From positions 1 to 9,216 of the IMG/VR virus record IMGVR_UViG_641736222_000030: a stretch of DNA of 9,216 nucleotides. One strand, given 5' to 3'. This document shows, one piece after another, positions 6,709 through 9,216 of this stretch. The DNA comes from a virus. Lineage: Duplodnaviria > Heunggongvirae > Uroviricota > Caudoviricetes. The position numbers were made by a program, and so were the translations under genes. How positions within the stretch are numbered: the first letter of the stretch is position 1; every line of letters begins with the position of its first letter. The notes beneath the pieces were generated by a model. The model searched no databases. It had not been told where the DNA came from and was given only the letters and a program-made list of their open reading frames with translations.

Positions 6709-6899
6709 AGGTACTCCTGGTGGGGGTGGCCTGTCCACGGGGCGGAGGGGCGCGGAAAAAGGCGCATTTTTTGATTTTTATGGCACCATCACCACCACTA
6801 TAAGTTATTGATATATTGAGGAATAAAAATTTTTAGTGTCGAATCAGGTTGTTTTTTGTTCATCACTGGAGCGTTCCCGAAAGCATTTACAAAAAAATA

Positions 6900-6944
6900 G
6901 GCGCAAAAAAAGCGCCCCCGATTGCTGTTACCGGAGGCGCTTTT
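6900..6944 (+). terminator. alternative-hairpin element with weak terminator, upstream of capsid operon
   Basis: GCGCC (6912-6916) can pair with GGCGC at 6900-6904 (7-nt A loop) or with GGCGC at 6936-6940 (extended by 6918-6920 / 6932-6934, 11-nt loop), the latter followed by TTTT (6941-6944). On the minus strand the first hairpin is followed by TATTTTTTT. Confidence 0.3.
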
Positions 6945-7025
6945 ACACGACAAAGGAGTTTTTATCGCCAGGATGACGAGTCTTAATACTGCTTCAATGG
7001 CAAAAATGCGTCAATAACTTTGCCT

Positions 7026-7065
7026 TTCTGAGAATAATCAGAAAAAACATAATCTGATTTTCAGG
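7026..7065. promoter_or_regulatory. palindromic TCTGA/TCAGA sites in the probable capsid-operon promoter region
   Basis: TTCTGA-gaataa-TCAGAA (7026-7043, perfect 6-bp arms) and TCTGA-ttt-TCAGG (7053-7065), 70-110 bp upstream of the 7136 start. Candidate activator or repressor sites. Confidence 0.35.
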
Positions 7066-7135
7066 TAGAAAATGATTTATCTATTACTTTTATCGATCAA
7101 TAATGATGCCCGTTAATCAAAACGGAGGCGGATTT

Positions 7136-7330
7136 ATGCCAGAGAACAACACCAGAAAGCCGGATAAAAGTGCCACGGTACACATAGACGCCGGAACTAT
7201 GGAGAAGATCGAACGCTATCAGCAGTTCATCAAAGATAATCACCCGGGTATGCCAGTGCCCACGAAAGGACAAATCACACGCAGCGCGGTTGAATACTGG
7301 TACAGGGCAACGTTAGGAGCCTGGCTATGA
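7136..7330 (+). CDS. small RHH-like protein, 64 aa, coupled to capsid gene
   Basis: Start ATG 7136 with GGAGG RBS 8 nt upstream (the ORF-track start 7103 has none). MPENNTRKPDKSATVHIDAGTMEKIERYQQFIKDNHPGMPVPTKGQITRSAVEYWYRATLGAWL shows a beta-strand (KSATVHID), helix, then G-Q-I-T-R-S helix N-cap. Stop overlaps the capsid start as ATGA (7327-7330). Confidence 0.55.
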   Translation: MPENNTRKPDKSATVHIDAGTMEKIERYQQFIKDNHPGMPVPTKGQITRSAVEYWYRATLGAWL

Positions 7331-9216
7331 AAACATGGTTTTCCATTAAGGCTATGGCAGATGTTGTACATGTGCGCATTTATGACGAGATCGGCGGGTA
7401 CGGTGTAAAGGCATCGGCACTTACTGACGAGATCAACGCGTGCGGTAATGTGTCTGAAATCCATCTTCGCATCCATTCACCTGGTGGCGACATCTTTGAA
7501 GGGCTGGCTATCTATAACGCCCTGAAAAATCATCCGGCAAAGAAAATTGTACACATTGAAGGCATGGCGGCTTCTATGGCCTCGTTTATTGCCATGTGTG
7601 GCGATCACATCGTTATGCCTGAAAACGCGATGATGATGATACATGCCCCCCGTGGTGTTACTGCCGGAGTGTCGGGCGACGTTCGCCGCTTTGCTGACCT
7701 GATGGACAAGCTGGGCGACACGATGGCGGAAACCTACGCCGGAAGAACGGGCAGGAGCAAACAGGAAATCACCGCCATGATGGAGGCGGAAACCTGGATG
7801 GATGGCAATGAGTGTAAGGCTAACGGCTTCGCAGATGAGGTTATAGCCGCGATTACAGCAATGGCCCGAATTGAATCAAAACGAATCGGAGATTTTTCAA
7901 ATATGCCGGAAAAAATTAAAAGCATGATCAGCCAGAAAACTACCAGTGGCGAACAGGAACGACTTAACGGCATCCGTGAATTGTTTGGCACGTTCAACGG
8001 AAGATATAACGACCTGGCTATAAGTTGTCTTGCTGATTCAGAATGTAGCGTTGAGAATGCACGCGAACGCCTTTTACTCGCTATGGGTAAAGAATCAACG
8101 CCAACAAACAAAACCACCCCCGCAAATCTTTACTACGCGTACACGGATAACGGCAACATAACCGGCGATGCAATGCGCCAGGGGCTTAATGCGCGTCTTG
8201 GTCACGAACGGGCCGAACGCGGTAATCCTTACGCCATGATGAGCCTTTTCGATATGGCACAGGCATCATTAACCCATCGTGGTATAAGCACGGGCAGCTA
8301 CGGCACACGCTCGCAGATAGTAAACGCGGCATTCACCCACAGCAGCAGCGATTTTACCGATATTCTTGCTGGTGGCGCTGAAAAATCAGTGCTTGCAGGC
8401 TGGGAGCACAGCGGCGAAACATTCCGCCAGTGGACGAAAAAAGGTTCCCTTTCAAACTTCCGGGAAGCCCGCCGCGTTGGTATGAATGGCTTCTCAACGT
8501 TAAACAAAGTGCCGGAAGGGGCAGAATATAAATACATCACCACCAGCGATCGCGGTGAACCCATCGCGCTGGCTACTTACGGGAATATTTTCAGCATTAC
8601 CCGCCAGGCGATAATCAATGATGACCTTGATCAGTTATCAACGGTGCCAATGGCTATGGGCCGTGCTGCATCAAGAACGGTGGGAAATCTGGTTAATCTG
8701 GTGCTTACAGGCAACGTAAAACTTTCTGACGGAATAGCGCTGTTTGACAAAAAACACAGCAACCTGATTGAAGCAGGACTGACAACACCGGGACTTAGTG
8801 CAGCACGTCACCTGATGCGCACACAGAAGGACAAAAATGGCGAAGTGCTGAATATTGCGCCTAAATTCCTTTTAGTTCCGGCAGCACTGGAAGATCGCGC
8901 GTTGCAGATGATTAACTCAACCGCACCTTTCGGGGCTGATAAAAACAGCGGGATCTTTAACCCGTATCACAAGCTACTTGATATCATCGTCGATCCCCGC
9001 CTTGATGATATCAGCGAAAAACAATGGTACATGCTTTCCGCACAGGGAACGGACACAATCGAGGTGGCTTATCTTGATGGCAATGACGAGCCTTACCTTG
9101 AACAGCAGGAAGGTTTTATCGTTGACGGCGTGGCCTGGAAAGTCCGTATTGATGCAGGTGTGGCAGCTCTGGATTATCGCGGTATGGTCAAATCAGGCGG
9201 GACAGATTCACTCTGA
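7327..9216 (+). CDS. fusion ORF: ClpP-like (S14) prohead serine protease domain, linker, probable HK97-fold major capsid domain (629 aa)
   Basis: N-terminal ~180 aa align with ClpP: IHSPGG vs INSPGG; GMAASMAS vs GQAASMG (Ser83, nt 7573-7575); MMIHAP vs MIHQP (His106). The C-terminal ~330 aa (from about aa 300) have the size and composition of a phage major capsid protein (FSITRQAIINDDLDQL, LLVPAALEDRALQ). No stop codon separates the two parts. Confidence 0.85.
   Translation: MKTWFSIKAMADVVHVRIYDEIGGYGVKASALTDEINACGNVSEIHLRIHSPGGDIFEGLAIYNALKNHPAKKIVHIEGMAASMASFIAMCGDHIVMPENAMMMIHAPRGVTAGVSGDVRRFADLMDKLGDTMAETYAGRTGRSKQEITAMMEAETWMDGNECKANGFADEVIAAITAMARIESKRIGDFSNMPEKIKSMISQKTTSGEQERLNGIRELFGTFNGRYNDLAISCLADSECSVENARERLLLAMGKESTPTNKTTPANLYYAYTDNGNITGDAMRQGLNARLGHERAERGNPYAMMSLFDMAQASLTHRGISTGSYGTRSQIVNAAFTHSSSDFTDILAGGAEKSVLAGWEHSGETFRQWTKKGSLSNFREARRVGMNGFSTLNKVPEGAEYKYITTSDRGEPIALATYGNIFSITRQAIINDDLDQLSTVPMAMGRAASRTVGNLVNLVLTGNVKLSDGIALFDKKHSNLIEAGLTTPGLSAARHLMRTQKDKNGEVLNIAPKFLLVPAALEDRALQMINSTAPFGADKNSGIFNPYHKLLDIIVDPRLDDISEKQWYMLSAQGTDTIEVAYLDGNDEPYLEQQEGFIVDGVAWKVRIDAGVAALDYRGMVKSGGTDSL

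Larger units (their letters stand above)
1..9216 (+). mobile_element. PICI-like / P4-like integrative satellite element, partial (left end upstream of window, right end beyond capsid gene)
   Basis: Gene order int -> alpA -> small accessory genes -> primase/helicase -> iteron ori -> ssb -> capsid module, nearly all co-directional with 4-11 nt overlaps. The int + alpA pair at the left end is the known signature of Gram-negative phage-inducible chromosomal islands and CP4-57-like elements. Boundaries cannot be set from this window. Confidence 0.6.

Noticed and set aside
5828-6767. Minus-strand ORFs 5828-6076, 5985-6224, 6266-6658, 6390-6767
   Set aside because: 5828-6076 runs through the iteron region and is low-complexity. 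The others are antisense to the coupled unknown gene and ssb, whose SSB identity is strong.
6951-7017. 14-codon micro-ORF (MTSLNTASMAKMRQ) downstream of AAGGAG
   Set aside because: The Shine-Dalgarno to ATG spacing is about 14 nt, too long, and the ORF is too short to assess; it may only reflect a structured leader.
7103-7135. ATG at 7103 as start of the RHH-like gene
   Set aside because: No RBS upstream, whereas ATG 7136 has GGAGG at ideal spacing; the extra 11 residues (MMPVNQNGGGF) are not part of the RHH fold.
7240-8564. Minus-strand ORFs 7240-7476, 7734-8117, 8298-8564 overlapping the RHH-like and capsid genes
   Set aside because: Antisense to the 64-aa gene and the protease-capsid ORF, which has clear ClpP active-site motifs.

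Overview
The window reads as the left part of a compact integrative phage-satellite-like element (PICI / P4-like layout), all functional genes on the + strand except one divergent ribbon-helix-helix (RHH) gene. Order: P4-type tyrosine integrase (1-1239), AlpA-family regulator (1650-1859), a divergent RHH gene with repeated operator-like motifs, a translationally coupled chain of six small unrecognised genes (2364-3899) fused by overlap to a P4-family primase/SF3-helicase replication gene (3896-5650), an iteron-rich putative origin (5662-5890), a coupled unknown gene plus SSB (5935-6668), a strong intrinsic terminator, a structured 470-bp regulatory region, then a small RHH-like gene coupled to a 629-aa ORF that fuses a ClpP-like prohead protease domain to a probable major capsid domain (7327-9216). 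No tRNA, rRNA, CRISPR array or att site is visible; the window starts at the int start codon and ends at the capsid stop. The most interesting points are the protease-capsid fusion (a satellite that appears to make its own capsid), the overlapping small-gene cassette, and the symmetric iteron origin. All assignments come from reading motifs in the ORF translations and the DNA; no database search was run.
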